Shown here piece after piece: positions 29,189 through 36,753 of a DNA stretch of 64,000 nucleotides (its first letter is position 1; every line of letters starts with the position of its first letter). Both the position numbers and the translations under genes were made by a program. A model generated the notes under the pieces. That model was not told the DNA's origin. It saw only the letters and a list, made by a program, of their open reading frames with translations, and did not search any database. The stretch is from Oscillospiraceae bacterium (GTDB lineage: Bacteria; Bacillota; Clostridia; Oscillospirales; Ruminococcaceae), in contig JAFQTW010000069.1 of the NCBI GenBank assembly GCA_017408855.1, forward strand, positions 5,858 to 69,857, given 5' to 3'.

Positions 29189-29321
29189 CGCCGTCACCTT
29201 CTTCCTCCTTCCAAAAGACCAGCTGACCGCTGAGCGGTTTTTCCTGCGGACAAAGATGAGAGTCTCTGTCCAGCAGATGAAAAGGGTCGTGAACCCTTTT
29301 CGCATCGTAATGGTTTGTCAT
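29181..29321 (-). CDS. unannotated 46-aa ORF translationally coupled to the holin
   Basis: Hand translation gives MTNHYDAKRVHDPFHLLDRDSHLCPQEKPLSGQLVFWKEEEGDGDE. A strong AAGAGGAGGG SD ends 4 nt before the ATG. Its stop overlaps the holin start (ATGAATAA). It is below the 60-aa cutoff of the track. Confidence 0.45.
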   Translation of the reverse strand: MTNHYDAKRVHDPFHLLDRDSHLCPQEKPLSGQLVFWKEEEGDGDE

Positions 29322-29333
29322 ATTGCCCTCCTC

Positions 29334-29362
29334 TTGACAGTTACGCGTTTGTATTCTATATT
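29334..29362 (+). promoter_or_regulatory. promoter of the XRE-GIY-YIG pair
   Basis: TTGACA, 17-nt spacer, TATATT. The spacer contains TACGCGTTTG. Confidence 0.45.
29342..29351. promoter_or_regulatory. operator-like 10-mer TACGCGTTTG, copy 1
   Basis: An exact direct repeat of 29405-29414, 63 bp away. A related CGCGTAGTAA lies at 29382-29391. Confidence 0.35.
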
Positions 29363-29397
29363 TGAGTAAAGCTTACTCGTTCGCGTAGTAACTTCGT

Positions 29398-29426
29398 ATT
29401 ATAATACGCGTTTGCGTAATAATCAA
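29398..29426 (-). promoter_or_regulatory. promoter of the small ORF-holin-M23 operon
   Basis: On the minus strand: TTGATT, 17-nt spacer, TATAAT. The spacer contains the second TACGCGTTTG copy. The -10 lies in the palindrome GTATTATAATAC. Confidence 0.45.
29405..29414. promoter_or_regulatory. operator-like 10-mer TACGCGTTTG, copy 2
   Basis: Exact repeat of 29342-29351. Confidence 0.35.
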
Positions 29427-29442
29427 GAGGGAGCGGAAAATT

Positions 29443-29781
29443 ATGAGCCTTCTGTACGAAAATCTGGCCCGCCTGTGTCAGGAAAAGGGCATCACCCCCT
29501 ACCGGATGTGCCGGGACTGCGGCATCCAGCCCAGCGTGATGACCGACCTTAAAATGGGGCGGCGCAAAACCGTAAAAGCCGAAACGGCGGGACGTCTCGC
29601 CGCCTACTTCGGGGTAACGGTCCCCGTCCTTCTGGGCGAAGAAGAGGACCCGCAGCTCACCGACCGGGCGCTGAAGTTCGCCCTCTTCGGCGGCGAAGCC
29701 ACCGATGCCCAGCTGGAAGAGGTGCGCCAGTTCGCAAAATTCGTCCGTGCCCGGGACAAAGCGGAAGGCAGGGGAGAATAG
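29443..29781 (+). CDS. XRE-family HTH regulator (phage repressor-like)
   Basis: 112 aa with the HTH segment LARLCQEKGITPYRMCRDCGIQPSVMTDLKMGRRKTVKAETAGRLAAYFGV. Confidence 0.8.
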   Translation: MSLLYENLARLCQEKGITPYRMCRDCGIQPSVMTDLKMGRRKTVKAETAGRLAAYFGVTVPVLLGEEEDPQLTDRALKFALFGGEATDAQLEEVRQFAKFVRARDKAEGRGE

Positions 29782-29783
29782 CC

Positions 29784-30032
29784 ATGGCCTTTGCCTATAT
29801 GGTCCGCTGCGCCGACGGCTCATTGTACAGCGGCTGGACCTACGACCTTGCCGCCCGTGTCGCCGCCCACAACAGCGGGCAGGGAGCCAAGTACACCCGG
29901 TCCCGCCTGCCGGTGGAGCTGGTCTGGTGGGAATCCTTTTCCACAAAAGAAGAAGCCATGAGCCGGGAATGGCATCTGAAAAAGCTTTCCCGTGCCCAAA
30001 AACTTGCGCTGATCGAGGGCTTCGTGGTATAG
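29784..30032 (+). CDS. GIY-YIG nuclease family protein (UPF0213/YhbQ-like)
   Basis: 82 aa. AYMVRCADGSLYSGWTYDLAARVAAHNSGQGAKYTRSR...E. Starts 2 nt after the XRE stop. Confidence 0.8.
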   Translation: MAFAYMVRCADGSLYSGWTYDLAARVAAHNSGQGAKYTRSRLPVELVWWESFSTKEEAMSREWHLKKLSRAQKLALIEGFVV

Positions 30033-30074
30033 TTTGAGAAATAAGGAAAATCCGTCTGAAAAGGAGACGTTTTT

Positions 30075-30914
30075 ATGGGTAAGATCACATTTTTCGACCG
30101 TCTGGGCGAGATCCTCGACCGTGTGATGAGCTTCACCGTCGGCTCGCTGACCCTGGGCAAACTCTTTTCCGCCCTGCTGCTTCTGGCGGTCTGTCTGACC
30201 GGAGTCAAGATCCTGATGCGGATGGTGGACCGGCTTTTGCAGAAGGGGGACATCCCCAAAACGCTGCATACCTTTATCCGTTCCGCCGCCAAGGTGATCC
30301 TGCTGCTTTTGACCTTTTTGCTGGTGGCAGAGCGGCTGGATATCGACGTGACCTCGCTGATCACCGTCATGGGCGTTGCCGGTCTCGCCGTTTCGCTGGC
30401 GCTGCAGGATGCTTTGTCCAAGCTGGTGGGCGGCATGATGCTGCTGGCAGCCAAGCCCTTTGTGGTCGGCGATTTTATCGATGCCGGCGCCAACAGCGGT
30501 ACCGTCAGGGAGATCGGCCTTGTGTACACCTGCCTTGCCACCGTGGACAACAAGATCGTCTACCTGCCCAACAACGACATCGCCTCTTCCCGGGTCATCA
30601 ACTATTCGGCGCAGGACAAACGCCGGGTGGATATCATCGTCTCCGCTTCTTACGGGGATGACTGCGAAAAGGTAAAACAGGCGCTGCGGGAGGTGCTGGA
30701 CAGGGTTCCCGGTATTCTGTCGGAGCCGGAGCCCTTTGTGGCGGTTTCTTCCTACGGCGAAAGCGCCATCCAGTATGTGGTCCGCGCCTGGACCTCTACC
30801 GATGACTACTGGGATGTGTATTTTGCCATCACCGAACAGACCCGTCCCGCCTTTTTAAAGCACGGGATCGAAATGACCTACAACCACCTGAACGTCCATG
30901 TAAAACAGGACTGA
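30075..30914 (+). CDS. small-conductance mechanosensitive channel (MscS family)
   Basis: 279 aa with three TM segments followed by an MscS beta-domain. Confidence 0.8.
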   Translation: MGKITFFDRLGEILDRVMSFTVGSLTLGKLFSALLLLAVCLTGVKILMRMVDRLLQKGDIPKTLHTFIRSAAKVILLLLTFLLVAERLDIDVTSLITVMGVAGLAVSLALQDALSKLVGGMMLLAAKPFVVGDFIDAGANSGTVREIGLVYTCLATVDNKIVYLPNNDIASSRVINYSAQDKRRVDIIVSASYGDDCEKVKQALREVLDRVPGILSEPEPFVAVSSYGESAIQYVVRAWTSTDDYWDVYFAITEQTRPAFLKHGIEMTYNHLNVHVKQD

Positions 30915-30941
30915 GCCGACCGACACCGAAGGAGGACCCCC

Positions 30942-31484
30942 ATGCTGTACAGCCGACTGGAAACGCCCCGTCTTTTTCTGCGGGAATGGCACGAAAGCGA
31001 TCTGGAAGATCTGTTTTCCTACGCCGCCGACCCCGATGTGGGTCCCGCCGCCGGATGGCCGCCCCACACCGATCGCAGCGTTTCCCGGGAGATCCTGTGG
31101 CAGTTTATGGATAAAGGTGAGGTCTGGGCCATCGTGGACAAAAAGACCCACAAGGTCATCGGCTCGCTGGGTCTGCACCCCGACCGCAGAAGGGATAACC
31201 CCAACTGCCGCAGTATCGGGTATGTGCTGTCCAAAGATTTCTGGGGGCAGGGGCTGATGACCGAGGCGGTCCGGCAGGTGATGCGCTACGCCTTCGACAC
31301 CCTGCGGCTGGATATGCTCACCGTTTACCACTATCCCTTCAACGACCGCTCCCGCCGGGTCATCGAAAAGTGCGGCTTTGTCCGGGAGGGCGTTTTGCGC
31401 CGCAGCTTTTCGCGGTACGACGGCGCCGTCCTCGATTCGGTCTGCTACTCCCTTCTGCGGGAAGAATATCTGAAACAGAAATGA
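30942..31484 (+). CDS. GNAT family N-acetyltransferase (RimJ/RimL-like)
   Basis: 180 aa. LETPRLFLREW..., IGYVLSKDFWGQGLMTEA. Confidence 0.75.
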   Translation: MLYSRLETPRLFLREWHESDLEDLFSYAADPDVGPAAGWPPHTDRSVSREILWQFMDKGEVWAIVDKKTHKVIGSLGLHPDRRRDNPNCRSIGYVLSKDFWGQGLMTEAVRQVMRYAFDTLRLDMLTVYHYPFNDRSRRVIEKCGFVREGVLRRSFSRYDGAVLDSVCYSLLREEYLKQK

Positions 31485-31493
31485 TCTGAAAAC

Positions 31494-31525
31494 AAAAATC
31501 CCGCCCTGGGCGGGATTTTTCCTTT
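31494..31525 (+). terminator. terminator
   Basis: TCCCGCC-ctg-GGCGGGA followed by TTTTT. Confidence 0.6.
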
Positions 31526-31602
31526 TTGCGGAAAAGGAGGGCGGACCGCAGGATTTTCTTTGTTAATTTTGGAACAAACCCCGAAAAAAGCAAGTTTTCG
31601 TC

Positions 31603-31631
31603 TTGAAACCGCTTGCGGAAAGTGGTAGAAT
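31603..31631 (+). promoter_or_regulatory. promoter of PFOR
   Basis: TTGAAA, 17-nt spacer, TAGAAT. The ~100-nt 5' UTR contains a 9-bp hairpin, TTTGATCTG..CAGATCAAA (31656-31682). Confidence 0.45.
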
Positions 31632-31734
31632 CATTAAGGTGAAGTCTTTCTGCCGTTTGATCTGGTTTGCAAGCAGATCAAACCTCTAAGACGGCTCCTG
31701 CAAAAATGCAGAAATTTTAAGGGAGGAATTAACT

Positions 31735-34032
31735 ATGGCAAGAAAAATGAAGACCATGGACGGTAACAACGCTGCCGCGTACGCTTCTTATCCTTTTACC
31801 GACGTTGCTGCGATTTACCCCATCACTCCTTCTTCCGTAATGGCTGAAGTGACTGATAAATGGTCTGCCGATGGCAAAGTAAACCTGTTCGGCCAGAAAG
31901 TAAAAGTAGTCGAGATGCAGTCCGAGGCCGGCGCAGCCGGTACCGTACACGGCTCTCTGCAGGGCGGTGCGCTGACCACCACCTACACCGCTTCTCAGGG
32001 CCTGCTGCTGATGATCCCCAACATGTACAAAATCGCTGGTGAGCTGCTGCCCTGCGTGATCAACGTATCCGCTCGCTGCGTAGCTTCTCACGCACTGAAC
32101 ATCTACGGCGATCATTCCGACGTATACGCCTGCCGTCAGACCGGTTTTGCTATGCTGTGCTCTCAGAACCCTCAGGAGGTTATGGACCTGGGCGCAGTCG
32201 CTCACCTGTCTACCATTAAAGGCCGCGTTCCTTTCGTTCACTTCTTTGACGGTTTCCGTACTTCCCACGAGATCCAGAAGATCGAGATCTGGGACGACGA
32301 GGATCTGAAAGAGATGCTGGATATGGACGCTGTAAAAGCATTCAAAAACCGCGCTCTGAACCCCAACCATCCCGTTCTCCGCGGTACTGCTCAGAACCCC
32401 GACATCTTCTTCCAGGCTCGTGAGGCCTGCAACCCCTACTACGAGGCTATGCCCGGTATCGTAGAGGAGTACATGAACAAAGTCAATGCCAAGATCGGCA
32501 CAGACTACAAACTGTTCAACTACTACGGCGCTGCCGATGCTGAGCACATCATCATCGCTATGGGTTCCGTATGTGACACCATCGAAGAGACTGTTGACTA
32601 CATCAACGCTGCCGGCGGCAAAGTTGGTCTCGTAAAAGTCCGTCTGTACCGTCCCTTCTCCAAAGAGCATCTGCTGAAAGCGATCCCCGCTTCTGTTAAG
32701 ACCATCTCCGTTCTCGACAGAACCAAAGAGCCCGGTTCCATCGGCGAGCCTCTGTACCTCGACGTTGTTATGGCTCTGCGCGGCACCGAGTTCGGCAACC
32801 TGCCCGTATACGCTGGCCGTTACGGTCTGGGCTCCAAAGACACCGTTCCCGCTGACATCTTTGCTGTTTACAAAAACGCTGAGACCGGCGCGAAACCCCA
32901 GTTCACCCTGTCCATCCACGACGATGTGACCGGTCTGTCTCTGGATCGCGAAGAGGCTCCCGACACCCAGGCAAAAGGCACCACCGCCTGCAAATTCTGG
33001 GGTCTGGGCTCTGACGGTACCGTTGGCGCAAACAAAAACTCCATCAAAATCATCGGTGACCACACTGATAAATACGTTCAGGCTTACTTCGATTACGACT
33101 CCAAAAAGTCCGGCGGTCTGACCTGCTCTCACCTGCGCTTCGGCGACAGCCCCATCAAATCCACCTACCTGATCAACAAAGCAAACTTTGTTGCTTGTCA
33201 TAACCCCGCTTACATCGGCAAATATGACATGGTACAGGATCTGGTTGACGGCGGCACCTTCCTGCTGAACTGCGGCTGGGATATGGCTGAGATCGAGAAG
33301 AGACTGCCTGATAAAGACAAAAAATACATCGCTGAGCACAACATCCAGTTCTACACCATCGACGGCATCAAGATCGGCCGTGAGATCGGTCTGGGCGGCA
33401 GAATCAACACCGTTCTGCAGTCTGCATTCTTCAAACTGGCCAACATCATCCCCGCCGATGATGCTATCCGTTACATGAAAGCTGCTGCAAAAGCTTCTTA
33501 CGGCAAAAAGGGTGACAAAGTTGTTCAGATGAACTACGACGCCATCGACCGCGGCGCAGACGGTCTGGTTAAGATCGACGTTCCTGCTTCCTGGAAAGAG
33601 GCAAACGGCGAGCACAAACTGCCCGTTGCTACCGGCGATCGCAAAGAGGTTGTTGATTTCGTTAACAACATCCTGATCCCCTCCACCCATCAGCACGGCA
33701 ACGAGCTGCCTGTTTCCGCATTCAAAGGCGCTGAGGACGGTACCTTCCCCCAGGGCTCCGCTGCATTCGAGAAACGCGGTATCGCTGTTGACGTTCCTGT
33801 TTGGAACCCCGAGAACTGTATCCAGTGTAACTTCTGTGCTTACGTTTGTCCGCACGCCGTTATCCGTCCCATCGTAATGGATGAGGCTGAGCTGGCTGCT
33901 GCTCCCGCAGGCACCAAGTCCGCTGATATGACCGGTATGCCCGGCAAGAAGTTTGTTATGACCGTTTCCGTACTTGACTGTACCGGTTGTGGTTCCTGCG
34001 CAAACGTATGCCCCGGCAAGAAAGGCAACTAA
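31735..34032 (+). CDS. nifJ: pyruvate:ferredoxin (flavodoxin) oxidoreductase, N-terminal part (domains I-V), ending at an in-frame TAA
   Basis: Clear PFOR sequence (MDGNNAAAYASYPFTDVAAIYPITPSS...). Two 4Fe-4S Cys clusters are present (CIQCNFCAYVCP and CTGCGSCANVCP). It ends ...CPGKKGN followed by TAA. Confidence 0.85.
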   Translation: MARKMKTMDGNNAAAYASYPFTDVAAIYPITPSSVMAEVTDKWSADGKVNLFGQKVKVVEMQSEAGAAGTVHGSLQGGALTTTYTASQGLLLMIPNMYKIAGELLPCVINVSARCVASHALNIYGDHSDVYACRQTGFAMLCSQNPQEVMDLGAVAHLSTIKGRVPFVHFFDGFRTSHEIQKIEIWDDEDLKEMLDMDAVKAFKNRALNPNHPVLRGTAQNPDIFFQAREACNPYYEAMPGIVEEYMNKVNAKIGTDYKLFNYYGAADAEHIIIAMGSVCDTIEETVDYINAAGGKVGLVKVRLYRPFSKEHLLKAIPASVKTISVLDRTKEPGSIGEPLYLDVVMALRGTEFGNLPVYAGRYGLGSKDTVPADIFAVYKNAETGAKPQFTLSIHDDVTGLSLDREEAPDTQAKGTTACKFWGLGSDGTVGANKNSIKIIGDHTDKYVQAYFDYDSKKSGGLTCSHLRFGDSPIKSTYLINKANFVACHNPAYIGKYDMVQDLVDGGTFLLNCGWDMAEIEKRLPDKDKKYIAEHNIQFYTIDGIKIGREIGLGGRINTVLQSAFFKLANIIPADDAIRYMKAAAKASYGKKGDKVVQMNYDAIDRGADGLVKIDVPASWKEANGEHKLPVATGDRKEVVDFVNNILIPSTHQHGNELPVSAFKGAEDGTFPQGSAAFEKRGIAVDVPVWNPENCIQCNFCAYVCPHAVIRPIVMDEAELAAAPAGTKSADMTGMPGKKFVMTVSVLDCTGCGSCANVCPGKKGN

Positions 34033-34041
34033 GCACTCGTT

Positions 34042-35283
34042 ATGCAGTCTCTGGATACTCAGAGAGCAGAGCAGGAAGTATTCGCATACGGCCAGTCCCT
34101 GCCTGAGAAACCCGAGGTTAAAGAGAAATTCAAAGAGACCACCGTTAAGGGCAGCCAGTTCAAACAGCCCCTGCTCGAATTCTCCGGCGCTTGTGCTGGT
34201 TGTGGTGAGACTCCTTACGCGAAACTGGTAACCCAGCTGTTCGGCGACAGAATGTACATCGCCAACGCTACCGGTTGTTCCTCCATCTGGGGCGGTTCCG
34301 CACCTTCTACTCCTTACACCGTGAACAAAGAGGGCAAAGGTCCTGCTTGGGCTAACTCCCTGTTCGAGGATAACGCTGAGTACGGTTACGGTATGTACCT
34401 GGCTCAGGCTACCATGAGAAAAGCCGGCATCGAGAAAGTTCTGGAGCTGGCTAAGATCACCAAGTCCGAAGAGAAGAAAGCTGCTTGCGAGAAATTCCTG
34501 TCTACTGTTGAAGACGGCAACGCAAACAAAGCTGCTACCGAAGAGCTGATCAAAGTTCTCGAGGCTTCCTCCGATTGTCCTTACTGCCAGGCTATCCTGG
34601 AATACAAAGATTTCCTCAACAAGAAATCCGTATGGATCTTCGGTGGTGACGGCTGGGCTTACGATATCGGCTTCGGCGGTCTGGACCATGTAATCGCTTC
34701 CGGCGAGGACGTAAACATCCTGGTATTCGATACCGAGGTTTACTCCAACACCGGCGGTCAGTCCTCCAAATCCACTCCTACCGGTGCTGTTGCTCAGTTC
34801 GCAGCTGCTGGTAAAGAGGTTAAGAAGAAAGACCTGGCTGCCATCGCAATGAGCTACGGCTACGTATACGTTGCTCAGGTTGCTATGGGTGCTGACTACA
34901 ACCAGTGCATCAAAGCCTTCACCGAGGCTGAGAGCTACCATGGTCCTTCCATCATCATCGCTTACGCTCCTTGTATCAACCACGGTATCCGTGCCGGCAT
35001 GAGCCAGGCTCAGACCGAGATCAAAAACGCAGTTGCTGCCGGTTACTGGCATACCCTGCGCTTCGATCCCAGACTGGCTGCTGAGGGCAAAAACCCCTTC
35101 CAGCTGGATTCCAAGGCTCCCACCGCTGACTACAAAGAGTTCATCGGCGGCGAGGTTCGTTACAGCAGCTTGACCCGTGCATTCCCGGACCGTGCAGTTG
35201 ACCTGTTCGAGAAAGCCGAAGAGACTGCAAAAGCGAAATACGAGCATCTGGTAAGACTGTCCAAACTCTACGACGTAGAATAA
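34042..35283 (+). CDS. nifJ: pyruvate:ferredoxin oxidoreductase, C-terminal TPP-binding part (domains VI-VII), in frame with the upstream part
   Basis: MQSLDTQ..., GACAGCGETPY, GGDGWAYDIGFGGLDHV (TPP motif). The ATG lies 9 nt after the TAA, in the same frame. Confidence 0.85.
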   Translation: MQSLDTQRAEQEVFAYGQSLPEKPEVKEKFKETTVKGSQFKQPLLEFSGACAGCGETPYAKLVTQLFGDRMYIANATGCSSIWGGSAPSTPYTVNKEGKGPAWANSLFEDNAEYGYGMYLAQATMRKAGIEKVLELAKITKSEEKKAACEKFLSTVEDGNANKAATEELIKVLEASSDCPYCQAILEYKDFLNKKSVWIFGGDGWAYDIGFGGLDHVIASGEDVNILVFDTEVYSNTGGQSSKSTPTGAVAQFAAAGKEVKKKDLAAIAMSYGYVYVAQVAMGADYNQCIKAFTEAESYHGPSIIIAYAPCINHGIRAGMSQAQTEIKNAVAAGYWHTLRFDPRLAAEGKNPFQLDSKAPTADYKEFIGGEVRYSSLTRAFPDRAVDLFEKAEETAKAKYEHLVRLSKLYDVE

Positions 35284-35315
35284 TTTGACAGCTTAGCCAA
35301 GGCTTAACGCACAAC

Positions 35316-35348
35316 AAAGGCCCCATCCGTTTGGATGGGGCCTTTTTG
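35316..35348 (+). terminator. terminator after PFOR
   Basis: GGCCCCATCC-gttt-GGATGGGGCC followed by TTTTT. Confidence 0.7.
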
Positions 35349-35357
35349 CATCTGCTT

Positions 35358-35386
35358 TTGACTTTCGCCGGCAAAAGGGCTACAAT
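35358..35386 (+). promoter_or_regulatory. promoter of fruK
   Basis: TTGACT, 17-nt spacer, TACAAT. Confidence 0.45.
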
Positions 35387-35409
35387 AGTCCCAGAAAGGG
35401 GAGAGGGAC

Positions 35410-36309
35410 TTGATCTATACCGTTACCTTAAATCCCGCGCTGGACTATATCCTGTCCGCCGACGAGATCGCTTACGGCCGCGTGAACCGCGCCAAAGAAG
35501 CGGCGGTCACCTTTGGCGGAAAGGGCATCAACCAAAGCGTGATGCTGCGCAATCTGGGAGTCGAATCGGTGGCTTTGGGCTTTGCCGGCGGCTATACCGG
35601 CCTCAAATTACGGCAGCTGCTGGGAGTAGAAGGAGTCTCCCATCGGCTGACCGAAATTTCCGGCGAGACCCGCATCAACCTAAAGCTCCGGGCGCAGCAG
35701 GAGACCGAGATCAACGCCGCGGGACCGGTCATCCGACCGCTGGAGCTGATGGAGCTGACCGAGCAGATCGGCGAGCTTTGCGAAGGGGACGTTCTGTCCC
35801 TGGGCGGGAGTGTTCCGGCAGGGCTGGAAAAAGCGGTATTGAAAGAGCTGATCGAGTCCGCGCCCGACGGGGTCTTTACGGTGGTGGATGCCGACGGCGA
35901 AGCGCTGCGGCTGGCGCTGCAGGCGGGCCCCGACCTTGTAAAACCCAACATCCACGAAGCCGCCGCCCTTTTGGGAACAGAGGCTGACCCCGACCGGTCG
36001 GAAGAGATCTGCCGTGCCCTGCAAAAACAAGGCGCCAAAAACGTCCTGCTTTCGATGGGGAGCCGCGGCGCTGCCCTTTTGTGGGGCGAAGATCATTTCG
36101 TGATGAATGCCCCCTCCGGTTCGGTAAAGGGGACCACCGGTGCCGGCGACAGTCTGCTGGCAGGCTTTCTGGCAGGACTGAGCCAGAAACGGGATCCGGC
36201 AGGCGCCTTGCATCTGGCGGTCGCCGCCGGCTCTGCCACCGCCTTTTCGGGACAGCTGGCGCAGGGCAAAACCGTACAGATCATCGAAAATCTCATGAGA
36301 ATGCGATAA
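35410..36309 (+). CDS. fruK: 1-phosphofructokinase (PfkB family)
   Basis: TTG start. IYTVTLNPALDY..., GAGDSLLAGF. Confidence 0.8.
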   Translation: MIYTVTLNPALDYILSADEIAYGRVNRAKEAAVTFGGKGINQSVMLRNLGVESVALGFAGGYTGLKLRQLLGVEGVSHRLTEISGETRINLKLRAQQETEINAAGPVIRPLELMELTEQIGELCEGDVLSLGGSVPAGLEKAVLKELIESAPDGVFTVVDADGEALRLALQAGPDLVKPNIHEAAALLGTEADPDRSEEICRALQKQGAKNVLLSMGSRGAALLWGEDHFVMNAPSGSVKGTTGAGDSLLAGFLAGLSQKRDPAGALHLAVAAGSATAFSGQLAQGKTVQIIENLMRMR

Positions 36310-36321
36310 AGGAGAAGCGAT

Positions 36322-36708
36322 ATGAAAGCGAACATCCCTCAGAACCGCCCGACCATTCTGGTCTACAACCTGACCGAGCAAAGCCGAGAGGGTCTTGCCA
36401 AGCTTTGCTGGGAAGACGGCATCCTCCTGCGGGAGATCCGTGACCCGCAGCTGGGCTGCAAGATGATCGACCTTGCCGTCGGCACCGCCGGGTCCGCCCC
36501 GTGGGAAGGGACCGCCCCCGCCAGAGAAGCGATGATCTTTTGCTTTATGGACAGGAAGGTGCTGTACTTCTTCCTCGATCAGATGAAGGAAGCGGGCGTG
36601 TCGGTAGAGCTGAAAGCCATGCTCACCCCCACCAGCCAGAACTGGACCCTCGGCGACCTTTTGCTGGAGCTGGAGGAAGAGCATCTGGCCATGACCCAGA
36701 AACAATAA
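36322..36708 (+). CDS. hypothetical protein (possibly DUF3783-like)
   Basis: 128 aa with a good RBS (AAAGGAGAAG). The family assignment is from memory only. Confidence 0.5.
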   Translation: MKANIPQNRPTILVYNLTEQSREGLAKLCWEDGILLREIRDPQLGCKMIDLAVGTAGSAPWEGTAPAREAMIFCFMDRKVLYFFLDQMKEAGVSVELKAMLTPTSQNWTLGDLLLELEEEHLAMTQKQ

Positions 36709-36753
36709 GGATCAAAAACAGTCGGTAAAACCGGGATTTGACGGAGCTGCGAT

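Noticed and set aside
23795-30100. att-site direct repeat of the tRNA-Lys 3' end that would delimit an island
   Set aside because: Reading the region by eye, I found no second copy of the tRNA 3' segment (TCCCCGGTGGTTCA). This needs a computational exact-match search, so the island idea is kept only as a low-confidence finding.
31729-35247. 1172-aa minus-strand ORF spanning the whole PFOR gene
   Set aside because: It is codon-aligned antisense to an unmistakable PFOR. It stays open only because the sense gene avoids TTA/CTA/TCA codons through strong codon bias. The translated product is low-complexity (G/V/A/S-rich), has no recognisable motifs, and has no RBS.
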